64,000 bases of DNA from an uncultured Pseudomonadales bacterium (GTDB lineage Bacteria; Pseudomonadota; Gammaproteobacteria; Pseudomonadales; JADFDG01), in assembly GCA_964574995.1 (NCBI GenBank), contig CAZNPF010000004.1, positions 34,694 to 98,693 of the forward strand. Direction: 5' to 3'. The notes below the pieces were generated by a model. The model saw nothing but the letters and a program-made list of their open reading frames with translations. It did no database searches and was not told the origin of the DNA. The translations under genes and the position numbers were made by a program. Below, piece after piece: positions 50,159-59,990 of the stretch (positions are counted from its first letter, which is position 1; the number at the start of each line of letters is the position of its first letter).

Positions 50159-50337
50159 GACAGCCTCTTCATTGTTGTTCTATGGGCTCGCACGAATACG
50201 GGGCATGGCACGCTCCTCGAAAAATCGATAGAGTCAGCCCAATTTCGTAGGTGAAGCATAGACTTACCCCCTGCCGGTGACAACGGGCCCACCCGCCACC
50301 GGTCGTCCGGGACAGACCGGAACGCGGATAACCTTAA

Positions 50338-50358
50338 GAAGAGTTCAGGAAGAGTTCA
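50338..50358 (+). repeat. tandem 11-bp direct repeat GAAGAGTTCA(G)GAAGAGTTCA immediately upstream of the 50365 start codon
   Basis: Read directly from the sequence. The second copy ends 6 nt before the ATG. It may simply contain the RBS (AGGAAG). Confidence 0.6.
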
Positions 50359-50364
50359 AACAGC

Positions 50365-51171
50365 ATGACTATGCCCCGCCGAAGCTTGGCGAGCGCTGTT
50401 CTCGGCATGATTGACCAGCACGGCTCACCAGAAGAGCGGCGGCTCGCCTCTACCAATCAGGACGCCCTGAAAGCTTTTCTCGATCATCCTGACTGTCAAC
50501 CGCGGCCGGGCAGCAACACGCTCGACATTGGGCTGGAAAATCGGCTAACCCTAAAATTCAACCTCATTGCCAATAAACGGCGTTCCCCCTGGGGAATGAT
50601 CGAGCAGATCGGAAATTACTCCCCAGCACTAAGGGCGACTGCCGACGAAGTCATACGTCACCGGATACGCTGCCATGCAGGCATCAAAATTACCCCAGCC
50701 AGTGCCGAGTTCGAGCTATACCCCTACGAAACCCATGAAGGCCCCCTCGCCAGCCAGCTAGGTATCCAAGCGGATTTCACCCAAACCGGCTTACCAGCGA
50801 CGCCGTACTGTTATGGCCTGTCATCCGACGACACTTTGAGTGCTTACGCTCAACTGGAGTCGGTCTCCGCCTCAGAACTTGAGCAGGCCGTTGGCTTTCC
50901 ATTGCCTGCTGCAAACCTTAAAACGCTCGCACTCTTTCACAGCAAACGCAGTCCAGATGGGCGCTGGACTCCCAGCAAAGCCGGAATCGAGTTCCTCCCT
51001 TTTCCATCTCACCTGTTAAACAACGTCCTAACGCACTTCCAGTTGAATTTTGCCTATCTAATTCACCGAGGCGGCTTTAGGCCGTACGGCGTCATTGGAT
51101 CGCAAGGGTCACGACAAGTGCTTTACACAACACTTCTACCCACTATCCGCCCCACTCGGTCCGACTTATGA
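50365..51171 (+). CDS. hypothetical protein (268 aa), no recognisable motif
   Basis: Long ORF whose stop overlaps the next start (ATGA at 51168). Confidence 0.6.
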   Translation: MTMPRRSLASAVLGMIDQHGSPEERRLASTNQDALKAFLDHPDCQPRPGSNTLDIGLENRLTLKFNLIANKRRSPWGMIEQIGNYSPALRATADEVIRHRIRCHAGIKITPASAEFELYPYETHEGPLASQLGIQADFTQTGLPATPYCYGLSSDDTLSAYAQLESVSASELEQAVGFPLPAANLKTLALFHSKRSPDGRWTPSKAGIEFLPFPSHLLNNVLTHFQLNFAYLIHRGGFRPYGVIGSQGSRQVLYTTLLPTIRPTRSDL

Positions 51172-52079
51172 ATCCCATCATGACGGCCATCTCACGTGGC
51201 CTTGCCAGGCCCACGCAAATTCTGCCCGGAGAGTACGGCGCCCGCTTCGTTCGTCGGCTCTATGATGAAGCCGCTCGCGAACTTGAACCCACAGAAAATA
51301 GACGTTTTCACTGGGTTAGATCGGCCGTGGCCGCCGCCATCGATGCTGCAAATCGAGGCAATCAGAAGGATGCCGATACGTGGATCGCACTGGCGCAAAG
51401 GGTATTGTCCACGCAAAAAGATGCGGCGCAGATATTCTCCTTTAGTTGCATTCAAGCCGCCGATGCTTACGTGCTTTATGCGCGGAACCAATATGAATTA
51501 GCCATTGAGCGAATCCATTCTGCCGATCAAATGGATAAAAAACTTTCAGAAAAACAATTTCCTGTAGTACGTGCACAGCGCCTGCATTACAAGCATCTAA
51601 TTTCAAGAATATTGTATGCGCAGCATAAGCATACCGAAGCGATCACATTGCTGACCGATACACTGCGAGAAGCCGGGGATCTTGCCGCATCCAACTATTG
51701 CCATCCCGAACTCTTGAGTTATGCCTGCTCTCGTATCGTTGGCGAATTAGCCATTATTGCCGGCGGCGGCATCCCAATAAATTTGTATATGGATATGACC
51801 CAATCAATCCAAAACGCAACGAACAATGAAGGTAGCGTGGCGGAATATCTTCTTTATCGAGATTCTCTTTTTGAATTCAGAGAAACAAAAAGCACAAACC
51901 AGCTTCTTTCAATCGTCAGCGACGGCCGTATGAAAACTATTTGCTGGTACGCTGCCGTTACCGATCTTGTCACCGATCTCGATTTAGAGGGCCGCTGCCA
52001 AGTTGCACTTGCGGCCAGCGAATGGCGCGACATGCCCGCAGCATTGCGTGGCCGACTGCTAAATCAGCTCACGCCGTAG
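51168..52079 (+). CDS. hypothetical all-helical (TPR-like?) protein (303 aa)
   Basis: ORF translationally coupled to the previous gene. It is visibly more AT-rich and uses rarer codons (tta, ata, aaa runs) than its neighbours. Confidence 0.55.
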   Translation: MNPIMTAISRGLARPTQILPGEYGARFVRRLYDEAARELEPTENRRFHWVRSAVAAAIDAANRGNQKDADTWIALAQRVLSTQKDAAQIFSFSCIQAADAYVLYARNQYELAIERIHSADQMDKKLSEKQFPVVRAQRLHYKHLISRILYAQHKHTEAITLLTDTLREAGDLAASNYCHPELLSYACSRIVGELAIIAGGGIPINLYMDMTQSIQNATNNEGSVAEYLLYRDSLFEFRETKSTNQLLSIVSDGRMKTICWYAAVTDLVTDLDLEGRCQVALAASEWRDMPAALRGRLLNQLTP

Positions 52080-54363
52080 AGGCCACAGCCTCGCACAAGA
52101 CGCCGGCACAATAAGCAGAAACGCTGGCAGCCTGATGGCCACCATAGTTATTAGTCTTGCTTTCAGTGCCGATATCAACGACGCGATAGTCGTCACTTGC
52201 GGCTGCAACCAGACACGACCACGCCATCAACCATAGCCCAGCACCCACCATGCCATGAGTGTCCTGATACAGGGTCAACTCATAGCGACCACGCGGCAGC
52301 ACGATCACGTCACCGAACGCATGAAACGGCAGCCCTCTCGGCCGACGTGTCAGCAACCGGCTTGAGCAAAACGGATATTCGCCGCCGGGCAGGTTTTGCA
52401 AGAGCGCTTGAGTCAGCGAGACCGCGACTGTGCTCGACAACGCTTTCAATTCAGCCAAAGCAATCACCGCACAAGCAGTCGACAGACTGGGGCTGAAAGA
52501 ACCGGGCGCATTTCTGCCCGCGCAGGCGGTCAGCAGATCACCAGCCAGCGCATCGCGTGCAGCGGATGCTTGCTCGCCGGCCAATACCGGCAAGGCATGG
52601 GCAAGCGCCAGTTGCCATAAAAAAGGGTTAGCAACAAAAAGTCCGCCACTGGCGGTGAGCAGCCGCCGGGTGACTGCCGGCGCAAATGCCACTGACGTTG
52701 CCCCCGCCCGTTGCCGCAACGCCGCACACAAAACGGACGTGAACGCATCAGGGTCACACCAGTGCGCATTGCCGCTGTCCACCTGCATCACACGCGCGCC
52801 GTGATGTGCCGCGCTGTGCAACTGCGCAACAACGCCGGCGGGGCTTTCGTACTGCGGCAAGTATGCGAGCCACTCACATTCAGGGACAAAAAAGCTGACC
52901 AGTGCGGAATCGGTGGCCGTAGGCAACGCACCTAGGGTGTAAGGCCACATGCCATCGCTGCGCGCCGATTGCAGCCAGCCAAGAGCATCCTTGATAAGGG
53001 TTTGATGCTGGCGCCCGGCCACAGCACGCAAGCCAGCTATGGCAGCCGCGACAGCCACCACATCACCGCAGGCGCGTGGCATTGCCCAAGGCGAATGCGC
53101 CGTCATCGCATCGGTTGTGTCGCCACGCAACACACGGGAAAGGCGAGTGGCGAGTGTCCGAGCCACGTAAGCGCACGCGTCCTCACCAGCAGCCTCGAAT
53201 TTGACCAAGGCGGCTTTTACTCGTTCACCAGCCTGCACTCCGCTGATAAACGCAGGTTCGACCCCATGACTGATGCCCGGGTAAAGGTAATCACCGGCCA
53301 GAGCGACAGTGGCAGCCGGCATTACCACCCCGGCAGACCAGTGGACGAGAGCGCTGTCATCCGCCAACACCGCCGCAATGGGCCACTGTCGGCGGGCCAG
53401 CAAGGAAATCGCCTCGGCTGCCGGCTTCAAACCAGCCTCGGTAAGAGCGTCTCTCAACGCTGACACAACGGCGACATCCGTCGCTGCCGCCATGCCACTG
53501 CCGGGCGAATAGGCCGTAACTAGACAGACACCGTCAGACTTGCCGGCAAAGACGACCGTGCCGATATCCTCTCTTTCGGTAAACACGATATAGCCCGGCA
53601 GCGACACAGGCAGGCCGCGAACCTCAGCAACCATGACATGCGCGGCCTGCTCGTGCAGGTTCTCAAGATAAGGCGCAACAACAATTCCAGCATCGCGCAG
53701 CAAAGTGCGACTGCTGTCTGGTCCACACGCCAGCACCACGCGGCGAGCTCGCCAGCGGCACGGGCCGTTCACGTCATAGCCTGTCAACGACACGCCATCG
53801 ACTCCAACACTCAGCCCCGTCACGGTCGTGGCGGTCACCACCCGAGACGTTGTCGCCAGAGCATCGACGAGCGAGGACATACCGCCGGCCAAGTGGACAC
53901 GGCCGGGGTCGGCCTCGACCATGTGAGTAACATGTCGGTTTACGGCAGCGACGCCAGCAAAGTGGGTCGCCGCCATCAGCGCATCACGAATAGCGGCCAA
54001 ATCAGGCCGGTCTTTGGCCATAGCCAGCAGCGACTGGCGCGAGGCGGCTCGCAGCACATCGCCACCGGCAACGACGACGACATCGGTACCTCCGGGCTCT
54101 AAAACGAAACGCCCTGCTTGCCCGTCGCTATTCTGGCGATTTTCTGCTTCCAGCCAACGGCACACTTGGCGGGATGGAAACATGGCGCCGAGTTCGAAGT
54201 GGCTATTTGCATGCACAGCGCTGAGCACGCGCCCTCCGGGCTGGGCCGCCGCTTCGATGACCAGACAACGTAACCCGGCCAAACGTTTTGCAGCGGCCAA
54301 GCCAGCAACACCACCACCAACGATTACAACATCCAGTTCAGTTGCATCATCAGCGAGCGCCAT
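52069..54363 (-). CDS. fusion protein: N-terminal FAD/NAD(P)-binding amine-oxidase/desaturase-like domain + ~370-aa uncharacterised Ala-rich helical C-terminal domain
   Basis: Dinucleotide-binding motif DVVIVGGGVAGLAAAKRL...EAAAQPGGRV. In the C-terminal half, LQSARSDGMWPY resembles toroid-repeat (QW-like) motifs only weakly. GGAG lies 7 nt upstream of the ATG. Confidence 0.7.
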   Translation of the reverse strand: MALADDATELDVVIVGGGVAGLAAAKRLAGLRCLVIEAAAQPGGRVLSAVHANSHFELGAMFPSRQVCRWLEAENRQNSDGQAGRFVLEPGGTDVVVVAGGDVLRAASRQSLLAMAKDRPDLAAIRDALMAATHFAGVAAVNRHVTHMVEADPGRVHLAGGMSSLVDALATTSRVVTATTVTGLSVGVDGVSLTGYDVNGPCRWRARRVVLACGPDSSRTLLRDAGIVVAPYLENLHEQAAHVMVAEVRGLPVSLPGYIVFTEREDIGTVVFAGKSDGVCLVTAYSPGSGMAAATDVAVVSALRDALTEAGLKPAAEAISLLARRQWPIAAVLADDSALVHWSAGVVMPAATVALAGDYLYPGISHGVEPAFISGVQAGERVKAALVKFEAAGEDACAYVARTLATRLSRVLRGDTTDAMTAHSPWAMPRACGDVVAVAAAIAGLRAVAGRQHQTLIKDALGWLQSARSDGMWPYTLGALPTATDSALVSFFVPECEWLAYLPQYESPAGVVAQLHSAAHHGARVMQVDSGNAHWCDPDAFTSVLCAALRQRAGATSVAFAPAVTRRLLTASGGLFVANPFLWQLALAHALPVLAGEQASAARDALAGDLLTACAGRNAPGSFSPSLSTACAVIALAELKALSSTVAVSLTQALLQNLPGGEYPFCSSRLLTRRPRGLPFHAFGDVIVLPRGRYELTLYQDTHGMVGAGLWLMAWSCLVAAASDDYRVVDIGTESKTNNYGGHQAASVSAYCAGVLCEAVASTA

Positions 54364-54375
54364 TACAACTCCGCC

Positions 54376-56772
54376 TCAACCGCCCTGCTTCTCCGCCAAG
54401 AAGAACCAAGTATCCATCACCGAATCCGGATTCAGCGAAATCGATTCGATACCTTGATCCATCAGCCACTGCGCAAAATCCGGGTGGTCAGACGGACCTT
54501 GGCCGCAGATGCCGATGTATTTCTGATGTTTGCGGCAAGCGCTGATCGCCATCGCCAACAGCGTTTTTACGGCTTCATCACGCTCATCAAACAACTGCGA
54601 CACGATGCCCGAATCGCGATCAAGCCCCAACGTGAGCTGGGTCAGGTCATTGGAACCAATCGAGAAGCCGTCGAAGTGCTTGAGGAACTGCTCGGCCAAC
54701 AGCGCGTTGGTCGGCAATTCGCACATCATGATGACGCGCAAGCCGTTCTCGCCGCGCTTGAGACCGTTATGGCCCAACTGTTTGATGACTTGCTCGGCTT
54801 CACCCACGGTGCGCACGAACGGAATCATGATTTCGACGTTGGTGAAACCCATGACATCGCGCACACGCTTGAGCGCACGGCACTCTAGCTCAAAGCAGTC
54901 ACGGAAATTATCAGACACATAACGTGACGCGCCCCGGAAGCCCAACATCGGGTTTTCTTCTTCCGGCTCGTACAACTTGCCGCCGATCAGGTTGGCGTAT
55001 TCATTGGATTTGAAATCCGACATCCGCACGATGACTTTTTCAGGGAAGAACGCACCGGCAATAGTCGCGATACCTTCAACCAACTTGTCCACATAGAAAT
55101 CAACCGGGCTCTTGTAACCCGCCATGCGTTTTTCAACGGTGGCTTTTACATCACGCGGCAACGTATCGAAATTGAGCAGCGCCTTCGGGTGCACGCCGAT
55201 CATGCGGTTGATGATGAATTCGAGACGTGCCAAGCCGACACCCTGATTAGGGATCATCGCAAAGTCAAAGGCGCGATCGGGGTTACCGACGTTCATCATC
55301 ACTTTGAATTTCAATTTCGGCATGTTGTCGATCGAGCTCTTTTGCACGTCGAACGCCAACTGCCCGGCATAGATGTGGCCGGTATCGCCTTCAGCACAAG
55401 ACACCGTCACGGGCTGGCCATCTTTCAACACTTCCGTGGCATTGCCGCAACCGACAATGGCCGGCACGCCCAACTCGCGCGCGATGATCGCCGCGTGGCA
55501 CGTACGACCACCGCGATTGGTCACGATGGCTGCCGCGCGCTTCATGACCGGCTCCCAATCCGGGTCAGTCATGTCGGTAACAAGTACGTCACCCGGCTGC
55601 ACACGTTCCATTTCTTTGATGTTGGTGATGATGCGCACTGGACCAGACCCCACGCGCTGGCCAATGGCACGGCCCTCGCACAAGACCTGCCCTTTTTCAC
55701 GCAGCATGTAACGTTCCATCACGTTGCTCTGCGCGCGGCTCTTCACCGTTTCTGGACGCGCCTGCACGATGTACAACTTGCCATCATCACCATCCAGCGC
55801 CCATTCGATATCCATCGGTGCGCCATAATGTTTTTCGATGATAAGTGCTTGGCGGGCGAGCTCGGCTACTTGCTCGTCCGTAATGCAGTAACGATTCCGA
55901 TCAGACGGAGATACTTCAATGGTTTCAGTCGATTTGCCGGCAACGCCCGTCTTGGCGTAAACCATTTTGATTGCCTTGCTACCCAGGCCGCGACGCAACA
56001 CCGCCGGACGGCCAGCAGATAGCGTTTTCTTATGCACGTAAAACTCATCCGGATTCACTGCGCCTTGCACAACGGTTTCACCCAAACCGTAAGATGCCGT
56101 GATGAAAACTACTTCGCGGAAACCACTCTCGGTATCCATGCTGAACATCACGCCAGCACAACCAGTTTCGCTACGCACCATCCGTTGAATGCCGGCAGAC
56201 AGCGCCACGAGTTTGTGATCGAAGCCTTGATGCACACGGTAGGCAATCGCCCGGTCGTTGAACAACGAGGCGAATACTTCGCGAATCGCGATCAATACGT
56301 TCTCGATGCCACGAATGTTGAGAAAAGTTTCTTGCTGGCCTGCAAAGGATGCATCCGGCAAATCTTCTGCCGTCGCCGAAGAGCGCACGGCCAGCGGCAT
56401 GTCGGCATTGCCATTGGATAGTTTTGCGTAAGCGTCGCGAACGGCTTTTTCCAGCGCAGGCTGCAGTGGCGCCTCGATGATCCAGCCGCGGATTTTTTTG
56501 CCAGCCTCCGCCAACGCAACCACGTCATCCACATCCAAGGTGTCCAGAATCTTGTGGATCTTGGCGTTCAAGCCGCTGCCTTCCAAAAATTCACGGTACG
56601 CCGAGGCCGTGGTAGCAAAGCCACCGGGTACACTCACACCCGCGCCGCCAAGTTGGCTGATCATCTCGCCCAGCGAAGCGTTCTTGCCGCCCACCCGGTC
56701 AACGGCATGGCGATTCAGATCTTGGAACCACACCACGTAGTCATTGGCGGCCTTGGCTGCGGAATCTTTCAC
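54376..56772 (-). CDS. ppsA: phosphoenolpyruvate synthase
   Basis: [11 protein letters not shown], the phosphohistidine motif [21 protein letters not shown], and a C-terminal PEP-utilising domain. 798 aa. Confidence 0.95.
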   Translation of the reverse strand: MKDSAAKAANDYVVWFQDLNRHAVDRVGGKNASLGEMISQLGGAGVSVPGGFATTASAYREFLEGSGLNAKIHKILDTLDVDDVVALAEAGKKIRGWIIEAPLQPALEKAVRDAYAKLSNGNADMPLAVRSSATAEDLPDASFAGQQETFLNIRGIENVLIAIREVFASLFNDRAIAYRVHQGFDHKLVALSAGIQRMVRSETGCAGVMFSMDTESGFREVVFITASYGLGETVVQGAVNPDEFYVHKKTLSAGRPAVLRRGLGSKAIKMVYAKTGVAGKSTETIEVSPSDRNRYCITDEQVAELARQALIIEKHYGAPMDIEWALDGDDGKLYIVQARPETVKSRAQSNVMERYMLREKGQVLCEGRAIGQRVGSGPVRIITNIKEMERVQPGDVLVTDMTDPDWEPVMKRAAAIVTNRGGRTCHAAIIARELGVPAIVGCGNATEVLKDGQPVTVSCAEGDTGHIYAGQLAFDVQKSSIDNMPKLKFKVMMNVGNPDRAFDFAMIPNQGVGLARLEFIINRMIGVHPKALLNFDTLPRDVKATVEKRMAGYKSPVDFYVDKLVEGIATIAGAFFPEKVIVRMSDFKSNEYANLIGGKLYEPEEENPMLGFRGASRYVSDNFRDCFELECRALKRVRDVMGFTNVEIMIPFVRTVGEAEQVIKQLGHNGLKRGENGLRVIMMCELPTNALLAEQFLKHFDGFSIGSNDLTQLTLGLDRDSGIVSQLFDERDEAVKTLLAMAISACRKHQKYIGICGQGPSDHPDFAQWLMDQGIESISLNPDSVMDTWFFLAEKQGG

Positions 56773-56904
56773 GGCAAATCTCCTGATGCAGGATGGCGAT
56801 GGCCGAGGATTCTACTGGAAAATATTTGCCTCACTCCCGATATGCCCGGAACGAATACCATCCATATCCGTAAAAAATAAACATTACATTTCATAGAGAT
56901 AGCC

Positions 56905-57726
56905 ATGCCAAAGCGTTATGCCTACTTTGTATCTGACGGCACCGGCCTGACTGCCGAAGCATTAGGACAAAGCCTGATCAGCCAGTTTGACCAAGTGGAG
57001 TTTGTCCAAGTCACTCTGCCCTTCATCGACAGCGTGGACAAAGCCCGAGACGCCGTTTCTCGCATCAACAAGAGCCGCGAAGACAGTGACGACCGCCCTC
57101 TCGTCTTCGACACCATCGTCGATCGCGCCGTGCGCACCGAGTTAGCCCGAGCCGACGCCTTCTTTGTCGACATCTTCGGCACGTTTCTCAACCCACTAGA
57201 AAGCGAGCTCAAGGCGGATTCTTCCTACCGCGTCGGCAAGTCCCACGCCATCAGCGACCGCAAAGCCTACAAGACGCGCATCGATGCCGTGCAGTTCGCC
57301 CTCGATAACGACGACGGTGCGCGCATCCGCCACTACGACCAAGCAGACATCCTGCTGATTGGGGTCTCTCGTTCTGGTAAAACGCCCACCAGCCTCTACT
57401 TGGCACTTCAGTACGGCTTACGGGCCGCCAACTACCCGCTCACCGAGGACGACCTCGACGGTGAAGGGCTACCCAAGAACATCAAACCGTGGAAAGCCAA
57501 GATGTTTGGCCTGCTGGTAGACCCCGACCGGCTGGCGGCCATCCGTAACGAGCGTATGCCGGGCAGCCGGTATGCCTCTATCCACCAATGCCAGCTGGAG
57601 GTTCGGGCTGCCGAGCTCATCTATAAGCGGGAGAACATTCCCTTTTTGGATGTGACGGAACTGTCCATCGAGGAGATTTCCAGCCGGATCCTCGCCGCCA
57701 CAAACATCCAGCGAAAGATCAACTGA
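56905..57726 (+). CDS. ppsR: PEP synthase regulatory protein (bifunctional kinase/pyrophosphorylase, DUF299)
   Basis: P-loop GVSRSGKTPTSLYLA. It is divergent from ppsA, which is the canonical arrangement. Confidence 0.9.
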   Translation: MPKRYAYFVSDGTGLTAEALGQSLISQFDQVEFVQVTLPFIDSVDKARDAVSRINKSREDSDDRPLVFDTIVDRAVRTELARADAFFVDIFGTFLNPLESELKADSSYRVGKSHAISDRKAYKTRIDAVQFALDNDDGARIRHYDQADILLIGVSRSGKTPTSLYLALQYGLRAANYPLTEDDLDGEGLPKNIKPWKAKMFGLLVDPDRLAAIRNERMPGSRYASIHQCQLEVRAAELIYKRENIPFLDVTELSIEEISSRILAATNIQRKIN

Positions 57727-57750
57727 CCAATCACTCAGCAGCCGCTCAAC

Positions 57751-57790
57751 CCCCGGCGAGGACCGCCCAGCCCTTACGGCCTCCCCGGGG
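57751..57790 (+). other. GC-rich imperfect hairpin downstream of ppsR (no U-tract)
   Basis: CCCCGGCGAGG-N18-CCTCCCCGGGG, which gives 10 bp with one mismatch. Confidence 0.3.
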
Positions 57791-58099
57791 TGTCACAGCC
57801 CACATTGCTCACACCCAAGCCCTTGATTCCAAAGGCCTGCCGGCTGTTGCATTTTTGTAACCCACCACTCCCTCACATTCCCCTTACCGTGCCCAACCGC
57901 TACCATCCGGATGTCGGATTACTCCCGTTATTTCACGGAGTTACAGGCAAATAGCCGGTCCGAATACAAGAACAAAAACAAACACGTTGCGCGCCGTCTG
58001 CAAGTGCACATCGAGCAGACGACGTAACAGAACAAAAAAACAGAACAGCGACGGATGATGGCAGTGCCTCGAATCCATTCAGCAAATTTCCTGCAACGC

Positions 58100-59989
58100 A
58101 TGGCGTGCATTTCGCGTTATGCGTTCTCTTGTCTGTTCGCTTCCCTGCTCATGCTGTCAGCAGCGAGCGCGTATGCCTCGCTGACCGAACTCGACGACAG
58201 CGAAATGACTGGCGTCACGGGTGAGGGTTTGACGTTTACGTGGACCAACTTCCGGATGATGTTTGATCCGAGCAGTTATCTGGAACAAGCAGGCTCACCC
58301 AACGGCAACACCTGTACATCTACTGGCAATACAGCGGGCAATTACAGTTGCTGGCGCCGCGCTGATTTGCGTTGGTATGGCGGCAACGCATCATCACTGG
58401 GCACCACCGTAGGTCAAGCCGTTACTGCGGGCCCGTGGAATACCACGTGGGATAACTCGCAGTGCACGGTTGCCGGTATTCGTGGTCTCGGTTGCCCACG
58501 CGGCGGCCCCATCGCCATTTTTGCCGCGCACGACAACCCGTACATTCTTCGCGTTCAACCCTTTGCAGGTGACGGCACGGCCGCCACCGCAATCGGCAAC
58601 GGTGTTGTGACTTATCAAGGCAACAACGGTACCGGTGATTGGAACAGTGGTTTGGGCAGCGGCTCGCGGCAAACGGCCCTCGAGTGGATTGCGCCAACTG
58701 CACAAGATCAATATCGCGTGTCGTTCTGGGGTGAAGCCGAAGTCGGTCGCGGTGGTTCGGGTGGCGGCCTGCTGCAGAGCCAAACCATTTTGCAAGGCAA
58801 CGCATCCGGCAGCTTGTTGCGTTTCTTTAAATTTACGCAGACCAGCACGTCTCCAGGTTTGCAGTCAGCGTTCGACCCAATGCTCGGTGCTGCTGGTTGT
58901 ACCAACGCAGGTTGTGCCAACGTCGATGGTGCCGGATCGGCGTACAACAACCGCACACTGGCCATTCAATATTCGAGCCGCTTACGCGCTGATTTCCGAT
59001 TTAGCGTCGCGCAGGCCAATGCCATCCCCAACATCGGAACGCCCACCATTTTCGAGGCCAACGAAGGCATCTACTACTTGAACGCCGATGTTTATTTTCC
59101 GCTGGGCCAACCCTTCTATCAGGCGCTGACGCTCAACTTGCCGCGCAACACCGTAACCAACGCGCCGATTCAAGACGGTAACTTCACGCTAGAAATTCCG
59201 TTACTGCCCAACCGCACGGCCGTATTTACCCGCTTCTACAGTTTGATCACCGGTGGTACTGCCACATCGGTACCTAGTGCTTGGGATGGTGGTTATGCCA
59301 CGTTGCTCTCCGCCATGTTGCGCTCGGAAGCGCTGACTGACGACGCCATCAACTACATGCCAGATGCCGATGTCACCACGGCACCCTTCCCAACCAACTA
59401 TCCGGCACCAGACGCCAACTGGTACAAAACGCACGGTTTCGCGCACTGGGGTGACTGGCACCCCTGCACGTCCCGTAACTGCATTTTCCCTAACGCAACG
59501 AATACGGTTGCGCAGGCGGATGGTACCGGCGTCAACGTCACTTATTCAGATGGCAGCGTGCGCTCCGTTACCGGGCGCAACTCGTGGCGCTCCAACGGCG
59601 ATGGCGTGTTCTTTAAAAACATCGCGTCTTATAACGCGTACTCCTATCGCCCATGGGCTGTTGACGTACGCGCGCCCGGCGTCGCCAATGACAACCAATT
59701 CACGCAGATCAGTTACATGTCGAACTACGCGGCGTGTACGGCGGGCACCGCTGTCAACTGCGGCTATGGCGGCTATTACAGAGGCGCTGCCGATTTTGGC
59801 AACCCCGTCTCTTCGCAAAATATCGTGGCACCAGAAATGTCGTGGTATAGCGATACCGGCATGGGCGGTGCTGTTGCGCGCAACGTGATCGTCGTGCCGG
59901 CAAACGGCACGCTGAATCTGGGCGATGCGCGTATCGAAGGCATCCAGCTCAACTACTTGCGGTTCACCAGTTTCGGGGCGAATTTCTAA
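58100..59989 (+). CDS. secreted paralogue A (629 aa) of an uncharacterised family
   Basis: Signal peptide MACISRYAFSCLFASLLMLSAASAYA, then SLTELDDSEMTGVTGEGL. The C-terminus reads ...IQLNYLRFTSFGANF. The track ORF starts at 58055 and the ATG at 58100 is confirmed. Confidence 0.75.
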   Translation: MACISRYAFSCLFASLLMLSAASAYASLTELDDSEMTGVTGEGLTFTWTNFRMMFDPSSYLEQAGSPNGNTCTSTGNTAGNYSCWRRADLRWYGGNASSLGTTVGQAVTAGPWNTTWDNSQCTVAGIRGLGCPRGGPIAIFAAHDNPYILRVQPFAGDGTAATAIGNGVVTYQGNNGTGDWNSGLGSGSRQTALEWIAPTAQDQYRVSFWGEAEVGRGGSGGGLLQSQTILQGNASGSLLRFFKFTQTSTSPGLQSAFDPMLGAAGCTNAGCANVDGAGSAYNNRTLAIQYSSRLRADFRFSVAQANAIPNIGTPTIFEANEGIYYLNADVYFPLGQPFYQALTLNLPRNTVTNAPIQDGNFTLEIPLLPNRTAVFTRFYSLITGGTATSVPSAWDGGYATLLSAMLRSEALTDDAINYMPDADVTTAPFPTNYPAPDANWYKTHGFAHWGDWHPCTSRNCIFPNATNTVAQADGTGVNVTYSDGSVRSVTGRNSWRSNGDGVFFKNIASYNAYSYRPWAVDVRAPGVANDNQFTQISYMSNYAACTAGTAVNCGYGGYYRGAADFGNPVSSQNIVAPEMSWYSDTGMGGAVARNVIVVPANGTLNLGDARIEGIQLNYLRFTSFGANF

Positions 59990-59990
59990 T

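Noticed and set aside
58055-58099. 15-codon extension (MMAVPRIHSANFLQR) of paralogue A
   Set aside because: The ATG at 58100 gives a canonical signal peptide, and the extension adds no recognisable feature. It remains a possible alternative start.
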